A DNA stretch of 63,421 bases, filler included, from Bigelowiella natans CCMP2755 (GCA_000320545.1; 8 parts of 8 records of this genome joined end to end with filler, not necessarily neighbours in it), one strand, 5' to 3'; numbered from the whole stretch's first letter, positions 11,566 through 23,998 are shown. Notes: a model not told the origin generated them from the letters alone. Made by a program: numbers and translations.

Positions 11566-13732
11566 ATGCTCACTATAAATTGTATCCGGTACATATTCTT
11601 TACCTGAATGGCTTAGATACTTCCCGTCGTCTCTCTGGGATCAAACCCACATTACACTATCTTCTTGCGCCTCATAGCGGTACTTTTCAGGCATAATCTT
11701 GCTGTTGGGAAACAGATAAGATTCGGGTGTTTGGTTCGTCTTCGTGGCAATGAAGAAGTTATAGGGGGGCGCTTCTTTAGCACTGAGACGAAAAGGACTC
11801 CAAGCTCGCCCTCTCCGAAGAAGAACCTGGGTTTCGGGATTGTCCCCGTAAACGGGCACATTCGATACACTTGGACAAGAGGAGAGGGCTGGGATGAGGG
11901 GCAGGTAGCCTTTTTTATTCTAAGGACCATTCATTTACGACTGGTTAGCTGAGCTTTATCATCCATTACTTACCTCTCAATCCACGCTTCTCGCCCCTCC
12001 TTAGGTTTTCACCAGCCCTCATATGAACTTGCACATCAACGCCGGTGTTCTTCACTACGGGCTCGCCGTGTTCGAAGGCCTCAAGGCTTTCGAGGCGAAG
12101 GACGGGCAACACTACATCTGCAACCCAAAAGCGAACGCAGCCAGAATGAAGGACGGAGCCAGCCGACTGGTAATGCCGGAGGTCCCGGAGGACATCTTTG
12201 TATCGGCAGTTACTGAAGCCGTTAACATTAACCGCGAATTCGTTCCGGACTATGCATCAGGTACTTGTTTTCCGGCAATCAACTTAAAGAAAAAAATATT
12301 CTTCCACCCCAAACCCCTAGCCCCCTTACCCAAACTCGAAATCGTTTTCGTACTAAGCGATAAGTGATTAGGCGGCTCTCTTTACATTCGGCCTCTGCTC
12401 TTCGCCTCTGGTCCCATGCTGCCACTAAAAGCCACAGGTTGATGAATAGCACAAAAGTGTACGATGAGCTTGCTCCTTGACTTTGGGGTTGTAAGACTTA
12501 AATCGCTGCTTCCATCATCGTGGTCATCGTGATCATCATCATTTTAGATCAATTCTCGTTTGTCGTCTCCGTGACCCCTGTGGGCAACTACTTCCACGGA
12601 AACTCCTCCGGCGTCTCAGCGTAATAACTATAATAGCAACAACAACAATTGATTCATGAGAGGTGGGTTGTTCATCGGGCAGCACCTCTCTGCACGATCA
12701 TGTCGTTGTTCTGTTTGATTGATGACCGCCGTCTGACATTGGTAGTGCCGTTGTGGAGCTCGATCGCGCAGCGCCAAGAGGCACCGGGTCCGTGAAGGCA
12801 GGCGGAAACTATGCCAGCGACATGTACGGGTTAGAACTAGCGAGGGCCCAGGGATGTGACACCTCCCTCTACCTAGATGCACAAGAGAACAAGTATATCG
12901 AGGAGTTCAGTGTCGCCAACTTTGTCGGGTATGATGTTGCCGCAGAAGTTAGTTGAAAGTCTCCCTGCTTGCTGCGATAAATAATCGATGATGATGATGA
13001 TGATGGGGATGACGATGATGGAGTTATCACACGGCAAAATCAAGTATCTGACTGACCAATACAGGCAGATGTAGATTCATATTAGACTTACCAATGGTAT
13101 TCATGCCTATACACATCATCCATGCAATTTTTGCTTACCTCTTCCATCATCGTCATCATCGTCATCATCGTCATCATCATCACCACCAACAACAACAACA
13201 GCACAACACGAATGAACAAATGAACATCCCCCCCTGGCAGGATCAAAGACGGGCGTTACGTCACTCCGGACACTCGTAGCGTCCTGCCCAGCATCACCAA
13301 CGACATGCTCATGGCACTGGCAAGGGACGAGGGGATACCGGTGGAGCGCCGGCCCATCGACTTCTGCGCCGAGATCGCAGACTTCACCGAGGTGGCGGGA
13401 AGCGGCACCGCAGTGGTCCTATCCCCCTGTGCGCGCATCAAGCACGACGGGGAGGAGTACAGCTTCGGCCCGCTCCGGACCCTCGCCTCCCTCAAGGAGC
13501 GGCTGGAGCGCATCCAGCGCGGGGAGGAGGAGGACACATTCGGCTGGATGCACCGCGTGCCTACCACGGAGCAGGAAGTCGACATTGAACCGGAGCGCGT
13601 GCTCCGGAGAATGCTCTGCGCGGTGTCCTCCGACGAGCTGCTGCAGCAGACGGAAGTAGCAGCAGTCGTCTTGGGAGGCGGGGGAGGGGTAGGGGTAGGG
13701 ACTACATCGGCTGCTGCTTCGGAAAATGATAA

Positions 13733-13765
<33 letters not shown>

Positions 13766-14483
13766 AGAGAGAGAGGAGGCCAAGGCGCCCCCCCTTCAAA
13801 AGCCTGTCGCTACTACAACTGCTTCTTCGTACTCTTCTTCACCAACGGAGAGCGACCTCAAAGAAAGGAAGCGAGGCGAGCAGGAGGCGGCGTTGAAGCA
13901 CCTGTATGACCGCTTGGCGTGCAGCTACCACAAGGCCGGCGGCGACAGGATCGTAGCGGCGGCACACTGCACGGAGGTGCTGCTGCATCACCTGCCCGTC
14001 TCACGGCGCGGACGCGTGCTCGACGCCGGCGCGGGGACGGGGGAGGCCGGCTCCATGCTGAAGAACGCAGGCGTGCGGCATCTAACGGCCTTCGATCTGT
14101 CCGATAACATGCTGGACCAAGCCAGGAAGCGGGGCGTCTACGACGAGGCTGTGCAGGGGTGCCTCCCCAACAGTCCCTTCGACGAGGCGCAATTTGACGC
14201 TGTCGTGTGCGCTGGATGCCTCGCCCCCAGCCACGCGTCGCCCGCCAGCTACGCAGAGTTCTGCCGCGTCGTGCGGCCGGGGGGGCTCGTCGCGTTCTCC
14301 GTGCCGCGGGCCTACTACGAGAGCGCGGAGGGGCAGGGTCACGTGTTCGCCATCGAGACGCTCGAGAGGGTTGGCACCTGGGAACGCGTCTTCGTGGAGG
14401 CGCGAAGCTACTTCGACGATGTCGAGGCCATGTACTTTGTCTTCCGCCGCCAGGAGACGGTGCCCTACAGGAGGCGGAAATAG
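11566..14483 (+). CDS. BCAT: Branched-chain amino acid aminotransferase (fold type IV) fused to a C-terminal class I SAM-dependent methyltransferase; putative mitochondrial presequence
   Basis: Exons 11566-11588, 11691-11904, 12005-12260, 12372-12437, 12548-12620, 12746-12928, 13241-14483, all GT-AG and phase-consistent. BCAT motifs LHYGLAVFEGLKA, SLYIRP, PVGNY, catalytic Lys in GSVKAGGNY, YIEEFSVANF, VLPSIT, GSGTAVV. MTase motifs VLDAGAGTG, AFDLSDNML, FDAVVCAG, VRPGG. Arg-rich N-terminus ending RFFS. Confidence 0.92.
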
Positions 14484-16635
14484 AGGTCGGTGGAATAGCG
14501 ACTGGGGGGGGGGGAGGGGGGACAGTAGCGAAGATAAGCAGCAAGTGTTCTTCCATGTCTTTCCCTAGAAGCTAATCTACAAGCAGCAGGCAGCACGATA
14601 GTCGTAGATGGTGGGATTGCTAATACTATTACTACGAACTAATAAATGGTAATAAGGCTCTTTCTCTCGATTACGGAAATATATATATATTGTAGTAGTA
14701 TCCTGTACAACCTCCTCTTGACCCATCCCCCCCTTCTTCTCTCCAGCGTCGGCTGCTTTTGCGTAGCGAATACTTTCTCTAGGGACGCCATTCCCCCGTC
14801 CTCCTCTTTCTCCTCCTCTTCCTCCTCCTTACTATCATTTTAATATTTATACTATAATCGATTTTCAGCATTCATTTAGATGATTCCTTTTTGGGAGTGC
14901 CACTCGTATAACGACATCATGTTCTGCATTACCAGCCCCCCCCCCCTCCGCCGCTGCCGCTCAAGCACGTGTTTTACAACAACAATATTAACAACAGCAA
15001 CAATAACATCAGCAAAAATAACAACATGTGAAGAAAGGGAGGGGGGGGGGAATTCTCCGGACGCTATACAACAAAGACAACTACTCCCTCCCCACAACTA
15101 AATGAAAATTTAGAAAATAATATAACGGCCTCAATTCTTCCCGTCCTCACACCACAACGGTGTCGCGGATGCGTTCCTTCTCTAGGCTTCGATAATTATT
15201 GTAGATACAAATCGGAAATAGAAATGTTGTCGCCAGACGATTTGAATGATGTTCGTTTGCTCGTTCCCCACCTCCTTCCTGGGTAGAGAATAGGCCAACC
15301 ACGGCAACTATGGCACTATTACTAGATTTGCTTAATTTTGGCGTTTTTCTTTGAAGAAAGAGAAGTTTCCTCGACGCACATTCAGTCATTTTTGAGACAA
15401 GAAAAAAGATAAGGATAGAAGCGAAAATAAAAGCACCGCGCACTACAATTGGAAGGCTAACGCTAAGAGCTGGGTGTTAAGGTGTTCCTTCGAATACAAC
15501 TTTATATTCTTCAATTTAAGTCCCGTAGTGCGCAATTTTACCAATCATATTACATGCTGGATATATCGCAATTCATAGCTAGATTGCTCGAGCTTATATA
15601 CTAGATGCACCGCAAAGCTGCCCGCATATGCGTATATGGACATGCCATCTAGCCATGCATGCTAATGACTATTATGCTGTGCATGAAGCTTATCCTATAC
15701 GCAACTCATTTGGCATCGAACACGTACGCATTATTATGTTCGCCGCTACGTACCGCCTCGGCAGTTGCACAAAATATGCAACGAAGCGTATCTAGCTGCT
15801 AGCTAGCAAGGTTTGATGCTTGACTCTCAATTCTTCGATCTTATCTTGCATGTGCGGCAGCCATGGAACCGCTGCGCCCTATACTAGCATAGCTAGATAG
15901 CTCGCCTGTATGCATTTATGAATTCTAACTGCGTAGTATCTCGAGTGTGGCACGCATGCACGACACGTGAGCCGAGAATGTATAGTGATCGCAAATGCGC
16001 TGTTTACAACTAGACAAGTGTTTTCATTTACCACTACTATCACCGCATGCTGGGCGAGCTACATCTAGATGCTGTTGTAAGACGATGTTCTAGATGTTTG
16101 CTGAAATGAAGTGGCATATCAATGCTTGTACGTGCTCTAGATGCTTCGAGAGGCATGACGGTGCGCCGTGCGTGGCACAACGTTTTGGGAAATTTGCATT
16201 TATTTTCGCATTGCAGACGCACAACGATGTCGAACTGCATCTTCTAGATCTTATGGACAGTTTGGCACATCTTCCCCTCGCCTAGAAGATTTCCTTATAA
16301 ATTTTGCGCCAAACTATTCAATTGTATTTCTGATTTCTCGCAGGGTCAAATGCGGATGAACATATACCACACCGGCACGCAAAGCCATCAATCGATAAGG
16401 TTCGGCGAGTCATCCTTCGTTTGTGCGTATACTGGAATTTTGTTATCATAAACGCTGTACCTGCAGAAAAGGAAAGAACGATGATATATTTAACACGCAT
16501 CAGAGTACACAATCTGTTTGCTTGTCCGAAAGAAAACCAAGACCCTTGCTAAAACGAAGTCATTTCATGCTCGACTCCCACAAACCGATTCTTTTGCAAA
16601 GCAGAGCAAACAAGGCCGCCATAACATAACCCTCC

Positions 16636-17340
16636 TCACATCCAACAATCTCCGCTCCGCTCACGGTACCACTGCTTCAGGTGGCCCTCTGCCCAGACTT
16701 GTGCAAGAAAGGAGAAATGCATCCGGTATCTGTGGGCAAAGAAGAGAAGGCACAGTACTCCCTCGTTACCATAGCCGTCGTGAGATGATGAAAAAAAGGG
16801 GGAAAGAGTCCATATATGCTGCTGCTGCTGCTGATGGTGGTAAACTAGCCAACAGAGCGTTGTTACGAATCTGGCACTATTGATTGGAGGGGGGGCAGTA
16901 TAGCGGTCCTACCCCATTCCTGACGACAAGGAATTCTCGTTTATTGCCAGCCCGCTCGGATCTCCACGTCGTATGAAGATATCAATGCGAACCTGACGAT
17001 GAAGGATAGAGACCTCGGCAAAAAAACTCGACGATATACGATGGAGGGAGGGGGGCGGCGGGGGGGGGGGGGATACGAAGGACGATAGTGTATGGAATTA
17101 AAGATTTGGACGATGAAAAGAGCACCTCATCAACACCCATGATTTTGGCTGCACGTTCCGCGAGAGACCATACTTTCGGTAGATGCCCCTCTTCCTGCAC
17201 CCATCTAACAATAATAACAACAACAACAACAACAACATTGGAGAGCTGCAGACGCAGTATACTGAAACACGCAAATACAATATAATAATTTTTCCCTCCT
17301 TCATCTTCTCCCCCCCTCTATTACTTCTACTACTATTACT

Positions 17341-17373
<33 letters not shown>

Positions 17374-17858
17374 TTGTTTCGTCTGGGTTAAGTATGGCGG
17401 CGTTGGTGATTTGGCGACGAATTGACGGGTAGACCTCTATGTTACCTATGATGATGTCGTTATAGTAGTCAGCAATGATAATGATGATATCTTATCGTAG
17501 TTGTCGAAGAAGCAAGTACTCTCATCAAGCAGCACCATACTCATCATCATCATCATCATCATCATCTTCATCATCATCAACAACAACAACAACGAGTACC
17601 GTCTCGAGTGAGAATGGTTCCTTTGTACGGCTCGTTGGCCACGGCTAGGTAGGCCCGCCCATAAAGCACTTCCACTAGCGATGATGACGACGACGATGAT
17701 GAGGATGGTGATGATGATGATGATGATGGTGAGGATTATGATGATGATGATGATGGAATAATATGGGGAGAAAACCATGAGGATATCCTACATCGATTAG
17801 AGGAAAACGTACCCGACTACCTCTCCCCCCCCCTATTGGTAGCCGGCCGCAAGCTGTG

Positions 17859-17905
<47 letters not shown>

Positions 17906-18108
17906 TCCCTCTTACACCTCTTACACATCGCAGCGAAATAGACACATACATGTTCATATTATATCTGCTGTGTGTTCAGGGGGTGTGGGGTGGGGGGGAG
18001 GGGGGTATGCAAAGTTTTTGGCGAGGGTCTTGGGGTTAGATCTACCTTTTAGCTCCATAAATTGTGTTCCTGGCCCTGTGGAAATGAGGATGATTATTAT
18101 GATGATGA

Positions 18109-18142
<34 letters not shown>

Positions 18143-18374
18143 GGTGATGGTTGTGGTACTATCCGCTCGATCTACATCAAAATAAACAAAATAAACAAAT
18201 ATGACAACTACACGTAGTCTAGTACACCGACCGTCTGGAATATCAAAGGGGCCCTGCACCAGCAGCCTTTATCGTCGAGGAGAAAACGGTTAGCATCAGT
18301 CCATCGAATCGAGACACTCTCTTCCGACGCGTTTTTACAGCAAGTCATCACCATGAAAATGACTGTGTGTGCGC

Positions 18375-18417
<43 letters not shown>

Positions 18418-18620
18418 ATATACCCTGGAGGAAGCACATCGGTGAGCTTATTCATATCCGCCGCCCAGGGTCGTTCCCAGTCATCAGACCTTAGATTTGA
18501 AGAAAGAGCGCCGATTCATCGTTATATACCGCAGCAGCAGCAGCAGCAGCAGCAGCAGCCAAAAGACAGCAGGCAGCCGGCGACTTCCATCACCCGGTCG
18601 CAATGAAATGGCCTCCAACG
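16636..18620 (-). CDS. Spliced gene fragment, unknown protein (5' end lost at gap)
   Basis: Candidate exons SDDWERPWAADMNKLTDVLPP, WLLVQGPFDIPDGRCTRL, PGTQFMELK, EVLYGRAYLAVANEPYKGTILTRD, NIEVYPSIRRQITNAAILNPDETK and last exon YRMHFSFLAQVWAEGHLKQWYRERSGDCWM*. Model incomplete. Confidence 0.35.
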
Positions 18621-18736
18621 AAAGCGTGAAGAAGAATGATGATTGCACACAGACGCGCACATATACAAACACACAGACAGACAGAGAGAGAGAGAGAGAG
18701 GAGGGGGGGGAGGGGGGGGGGGGGAGGAGGAGGAGA

Positions 18737-18836
18737 NNNNNNNNNNNNNNNNNNNNNNNNNNNNNNNNNNNNNNNNNNNNTTAATTAATTAANNNNNNNN
18801 NNNNNNNNNNNNNNNNNNNNNNNNNNNNNNNNNNNN
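18737..18836. other. Artificial contig spacer
   Basis: N44-TTAATTAATTAA-N44. Confidence 0.98.
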
Positions 18837-19003
18837 CTCTCTCTCTCTCTCTCTCTCTCTTTATGTGTATGTGTGTGTATAAGCACTACGAAACACTCTG
18901 ATAACTTGTTTCCCAAACACACTTGGAGGAGGACCCCATAACTTGCACGAATAATAACTCGGACCTCATTTATCTGAATGAAATGTAAATTCAACATCAA
19001 AAG

Positions 19004-19232
19004 GTCTGCTGGTGCCTGTGGAAGAGAGCAAGGATGTGCACAAGAAGGAGCAGCTTCGGCAGCTCGCTCAGGTTCGGGCTCAAGAGCAGATGGGCGGCGG
19101 TAATAACATAAATCATCCATCCCCCCCCCCTCCCCCCCAACACACACACATACACATATACACTAACACGCACACACTCGAATTCACGTAGATGCAACAT
19201 TCCGTACACATCATTATGATATAAATATGTAC

Positions 19233-19272
<40 letters not shown>

Positions 19273-19642
19273 TCTTGCTGGGCAATCCGTACACACGCTT
19301 ACTCTCTTATTCCACCTTCCCCCCCCCTCCTTCTATCCTTTTGATTGGGTGGTAGGTGCGTACATGGACCCAACAGGACAAGCAGCAGCTGCAGCAGCCG
19401 CAGATCCATACGGCATGTACGCTGCCTACTATAACAATCCGTATTCAGGCTACTACGCTGCTTATTACCAACAGGCAGCTGCTGGGGGGGCCAACCCATA
19501 CCAGTATCAGCAGCAGCAGCAAGCATGGGGAACACCTGCCGCCGCCCCAACTCAACAAACGTCCACGACACCTTCAACCACACCCACCACGAGCACTTCC
19601 TCGACCGCCCCCGCGACAAACAATCTCACTGCTGCTGTTGAT

Positions 19643-19680
<38 letters not shown>

Positions 19681-20368
19681 TGGAGGAGGAGCTACTACGA
19701 CAACGGCATCGGCTGCTCCGAGCTCCAGTGACAACAAAGTGGAGGACTACAAGAAGCAACTTGCTGAAATCCAGGCCGAGAGGAAACTTCTCGAGGGGCT
19801 TCTCGAAGGAAAAGACGGGGGAGGGGGACTAGCCGAGAAAGCCCCGCACACCAACCGCCTACTCTCAGCCTACGAGGAGCGTCTAAGCATCTCTGCTGGG
19901 CAAGATGACGTCAAAATGACAACTACAGCACCGACACCAGCACAAGCCACAACAGAAACTGCTACAGCAAACCTAGCAGCCATCGCAGAAGCACAACAAT
20001 CGATGATGCAGGGACCTACTAGTGGTGATGGTGTTGCTACTTCCACATCAGCCAGTGGCAGCAGCGGTAGCGTTGCTGCAGCAGCAATTCTCACACCCAC
20101 TCCTATCTCAACCACAACCACAAATACCACATCTGCGCCTGCCCCACCGGGAACTGTGCCCCCCCCCCCACCGGGGACTGCTGCCGCTGCAACTGCGACG
20201 GATGGCGATACAAATGGGATGATAGGGGCCGACATAGCATTCGTGCATCCATCCCGAGCTGCAATGGTGACAGAAGGGAGGAATGGCAGCAACAACACAG
20301 ATGGAGCTCACAAAAGTGGAGGGCCTATAAGAACAGAGAGAGGAACCAACCGATACACGCCTTACTGA
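19004..20368 (+). CDS. STAR-family KH-QUA2 RNA-binding protein (SF1/Quaking-like), 3' part
   Basis: Exon 19004-19099 encodes LLVPVEESKDVHKKEQLRQLAQV, matching the QUA2 consensus (LLxPVDExQDxxKxQQLRELA). It splices to exon 19356-20368 with a Y/A/Q-rich, P-rich tail ending RYTPY*. Confidence 0.65.
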
Positions 20369-20764
20369 TCATTGTAAAATGTGAAATGTGCGAGACGCAT
20401 TCTAAATGTCGAAAACTAAAAAGAAGGTGCTTATCCAAATGAACGCGAATGCTTGCAATGTATCACTCGCAAGGATGGTTGCTCTTCCATGCTAATTTTG
20501 AGTTGCGAAATGACACAGTGACAATCTAGTCAACTAGACAAGTGTTAGCTACCTGTTTTGCGTCAAATATGCAGGTGACGTCACCTATGCGCATGTACAT
20601 GCGCATGCGCAACGATGCTCTAAATGGTGCGCCTTCGAATTCATCATCGTGTCATGCAATCTAGCAATGCGCCTCAGTAGCAGACTGGCGGTAGACACAG
20701 CATCGCAATGGCGCCGATGCAAATGCTTTCAAATGCATGAAGCACATGACAGCAGACTAGCAGA

Positions 20765-20865
20765 GACAAACAGACACAACATGAGCGCTGTAGCCGCTGT
20801 TTGCTGTCAAAGCTACATTGGCGACCATTGAAAATGTTTGATCACTTCATTGCATCTGTTTCGCA
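20765..20865 (+). repeat. Dispersed copy of a ~100-bp repeat also present at 60985-61310
   Basis: Shared blocks ACAAACAGA.ACAAC.TGAGCGCTGTAGCCGCTG, AGCTACATT, GACCATTGAAAA, ATCACTTCATTGCATC. Confidence 0.85.
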
Positions 20866-21716
20866 GTCTGCTAGCAGTGAGCACACACCAGCAAACTGGA
20901 TTATCTGGCTAGCTTGGTCTGACGACTTTAGCCTGAACCTTTGGGGGCCCTGCACTCAGGGATGATGGACATGCAATGCAATGTGTGTGTGCCATCACAG
21001 GGAGACAAGGGCGTCAATTTCTGTCAGTGATTTGCAAAAAGCTTTGTCAACAAGAGTATCTCTAGATCTGAATGAATGGGCGTGTGAATGAAGTGGGGTG
21101 CAGCTGAAAGTACAAAAGCAATTGGCTGAAAGGATTGGATGTCTGTGATGTGCGCGTCACCCACCTCGGTCCTGCAGCGGGCCACTGTCACTTTGCCCCG
21201 CCATGAAGCAGAGGATCACTGTGCACAACAATCACAGGTCCTCGCTTTCACATAGTCGATACATTTCGGCATGTACCATGGCGCTTGCTAGTTTGTCATA
21301 GTTTTCCGGTGATGGCACATGCAATGTTGACACTGAAAGTATGGAATGTATCATCATGTGGCTCAAAGCGTTGCATCCGCGGCATAGCTTTGCGATTTTT
21401 GGCAAATGCGATAATTTTGGGGCTTGGCGTGTTTTGTAGACCTGCATGTGTTGATTGTTCTGCATTGGCATTTGTAAAAAACAGCAAGTCAACAATCGCT
21501 TATGCAAGCGCTCGATGTATCGATCGATTGCGTAAGCGCTTGCGCGTTCACCTTTCATATATTCATGTTTATCACATTGACTGCCATTTTGCAATAAAGG
21601 AAGTAGCCAGTCCAAGCATGACGTAGGTGTTTATGCACATTACATCTATACATAGCACGCATTGTGCATGCAAAATAGGAACGTTGAAGGCATATTGACC
21701 GATTTAGTAACTCAGG

Positions 21717-23462
21717 TCACGATCCTTTGGACTTTCCTGTACATATGATAGTTCGCCCCTTCCTAGAGCCAGAATTTCGCCGACGCGAGACGCCAATGGC
21801 CGGCAAATGACTTCGACACACCGGTATCGTCCTAAGGACGTGCAGGAAGAAGAACTTCTCGCTGGCAAAGATAGGATTCCCCCATTTCTTCTTTGAGATT
21901 CCCTCACTCATGCCCGGGGGGCTGCGGAGAGCACGGATGTTCGCGACGAGTTTCCCTAGGTCGCTGCTAACGACCGACTGTGGGTACACAAGTGATTGAA
22001 GCGGGATGGCCACATCGCGGCGGATCTGGCGGTAAGGGGACTCTGTGCTATTCACCAGGCGCAAATCAAGACCCTTGGGATAACGCACTTCCTGCACTAT
22101 TTCAGTTGTTGGGAAGATGTTCGCTACCGTCCGCCGCAAGTTTCCCCAGTGAATCGAAAAATAGTCCTGCGTATGGTTGACGTACCTCGCCATCGCCGTT
22201 TCATAGAAGTCATCGACTACGGCAAAGAAAATGGACGTCTCCGCGTAAAAGGAATGGTCGCTGTTCATCTGGAAGCAGCGCCGCGGCACCTTATCCATCT
22301 CCATGTCTCGAAGGGGGGCGTGGAAGACCAAGTCAGCCCGTAGCTTCATTAGAACATCGTAGCTTTGAAAGAGCTTGCGGAAATGTTTAAGCATGCGGTC
22401 GAGATGCCACCACTGCACGAGCACACCGGTTGGGTGGCATGGAACCTTGCCGCGTGGGGTCAACATAACTCGCTCGCGCCTCCAGCCAGCCAGTTGCAAT
22501 GCCTGCTTTTGATATTCGACATAAGTCGAAATATACACGTCGAAGCCGTTCAGGGCGGTTTTCAGATGCCCTGGTTCTTTCATTCCGGGATCCAGTTCGC
22601 CAACGATAAGTACAGCGGCGGTGCGTAAGGGGGGGGTATACGCGGGGGGATGCTGCCCTTTCCTGCTACTATTTATTGTGACTGTGCGAACGGAGTTGCG
22701 CTGCTGCTGCTGCTGCTGCTCCCTCGTCTGCTCACGGTCGATATGCATCTGAGCTTTCTTTTGAGAGGGAAAGTCTGGTATATTGTTCTTCCTGTTAGTG
22801 GTTACGCTAATGGAGTTTTCCCTTAGAGGGGGGGGAGACTGTTTGGGAACTCTGGAGAGAATAACTTGTGGCTGTTTCCCGTTATCTGTAGCGGTGCCTG
22901 AAGGAGCCATCGAAGAAATACTAGTAGGATGATGACTACTTCCACGAGTGCTAGCACTGTTAGTGAAAGAATAAGTAGCTACATTTCGAGCACTCGTCCC
23001 AGCCGTAAATCCGAGAGGATTTAACTGAACCTCATTCCCTCCATCTTTTCCAACACCATTTCCATCACAACCAGATATGTGCAGTTTTATTCGTGTAATA
23101 TTGAAGTTGTTGCACTGTATCTTAGCTGTGGTGCCATTTTTATTTGGAGCGACTTTACCGGAGATTCCATGGGTCGCTTTGTCCACTTCAATTTTCACTC
23201 GCCCTCCTCCGCCTACCTCTTCTTCCTCTTCCTCCTTCCTCCCAGTTTTGTAATCCCTATCGACCTCACTCGAGGTGTCCTTGGGAAATGTTTCATTCGT
23301 CTCAATATTGTAATTAACATTTGAATCGCCAGTGCCGTGAAAAATGGTTGGTATTTCTCCCCAATATGTGCCACTTGTGCTGTCGTTCAAATGCTTCCAG
23401 ACAGTTCTTGCCGTGAGAGCCTCAATTGCACTGTTGAAGCTCGATTTCGTCTCCCTGCACAT
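21717..23462 (-). CDS. Protein with low-complexity stem and a C-terminal putative glycosyltransferase-like domain (long single exon; 5' exons probably upstream to ~24.0 kb)
   Basis: 581-aa ORF. C-terminal motifs AAVLIVGE, FDVYISTY, QWWHL and YDVLMKLRADLVF resemble an uncharacterised GT-like family (AxxxxG..DVFI.T..YDxxxRxRxD). Family assignment is from motif memory only. Confidence 0.55.
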   Translation of the reverse strand: MCRETKSSFNSAIEALTARTVWKHLNDSTSGTYWGEIPTIFHGTGDSNVNYNIETNETFPKDTSSEVDRDYKTGRKEEEEEEVGGGGRVKIEVDKATHGISGKVAPNKNGTTAKIQCNNFNITRIKLHISGCDGNGVGKDGGNEVQLNPLGFTAGTSARNVATYSFTNSASTRGSSHHPTSISSMAPSGTATDNGKQPQVILSRVPKQSPPPLRENSISVTTNRKNNIPDFPSQKKAQMHIDREQTREQQQQQQRNSVRTVTINSSRKGQHPPAYTPPLRTAAVLIVGELDPGMKEPGHLKTALNGFDVYISTYVEYQKQALQLAGWRRERVMLTPRGKVPCHPTGVLVQWWHLDRMLKHFRKLFQSYDVLMKLRADLVFHAPLRDMEMDKVPRRCFQMNSDHSFYAETSIFFAVVDDFYETAMARYVNHTQDYFSIHWGNLRRTVANIFPTTEIVQEVRYPKGLDLRLVNSTESPYRQIRRDVAIPLQSLVYPQSVVSSDLGKLVANIRALRSPPGMSEGISKKKWGNPIFASEKFFFLHVLRTIPVCRSHLPAIGVSRRRNSGSRKGRTIICTGKSKGS

Positions 23463-23828
23463 TTTATTTGTTAGAGAACAGACTATAACTGTTCAATAAC
23501 GAAAATCTAACCAGCGCGCACCCAAAAGTCAATCAGATTGGAAACGATAGCACCGACTAATTGTGTATTGCACTTACATGTAAGGTTCGACGTTCACTTC
23601 AAGTAGCACCAGGACAAGGAAAAGAAAAGAACCTACTCTCTTCGTTACATAGGTTATCCTCAAATTCATATGACCGGTCAGTGAAGGGGGGCCGAACCCC
23701 GTATTTGTTGGAGGGTGTTACACGTGCCGCCCCCCGAAGAGAAGAATAGAGCACTTGGATGTTGATGACTCCATTGAAACGGAGAGAGGGTACCGAAGAA
23801 AAACAAAAATATAGGGGATATCCATCTT

Positions 23829-23998
23829 GCGACACGGAAGTATTCCTAAATCATTGATGTTCCGGAAGCACTTTAGATTCCATTCTGCTGTCGCAGAAAG
23901 TGAACAGAACCGAATTGAAGCGGCCCCTCTGGTGTTGGTATTCGGGTGCTAAAGGCCGTCCAGACGACGGCGTTCCCCATGCCCATTTTGCATGTCGC
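23829..23998. promoter_or_regulatory. TGTCGC motif cluster (3 copies) between head-to-head genes
   Basis: GCGACA 23829-23834, TGTCGC 23889-23894 and TGTCGC 23993-23998, just upstream of ATG 24073. Confidence 0.45.

Noticed and set aside
13256-14575. Several long overlapping and antisense ORFs over the BCAT-MTase last exon
   Set aside because: Shadow ORFs of a GC-rich exon with no motifs.
14650-15443. Possible small minus-strand gene downstream of BCAT-MTase
   Set aside because: Some AG/GT-bounded segments, but no consistent exon chain or motif could be built.
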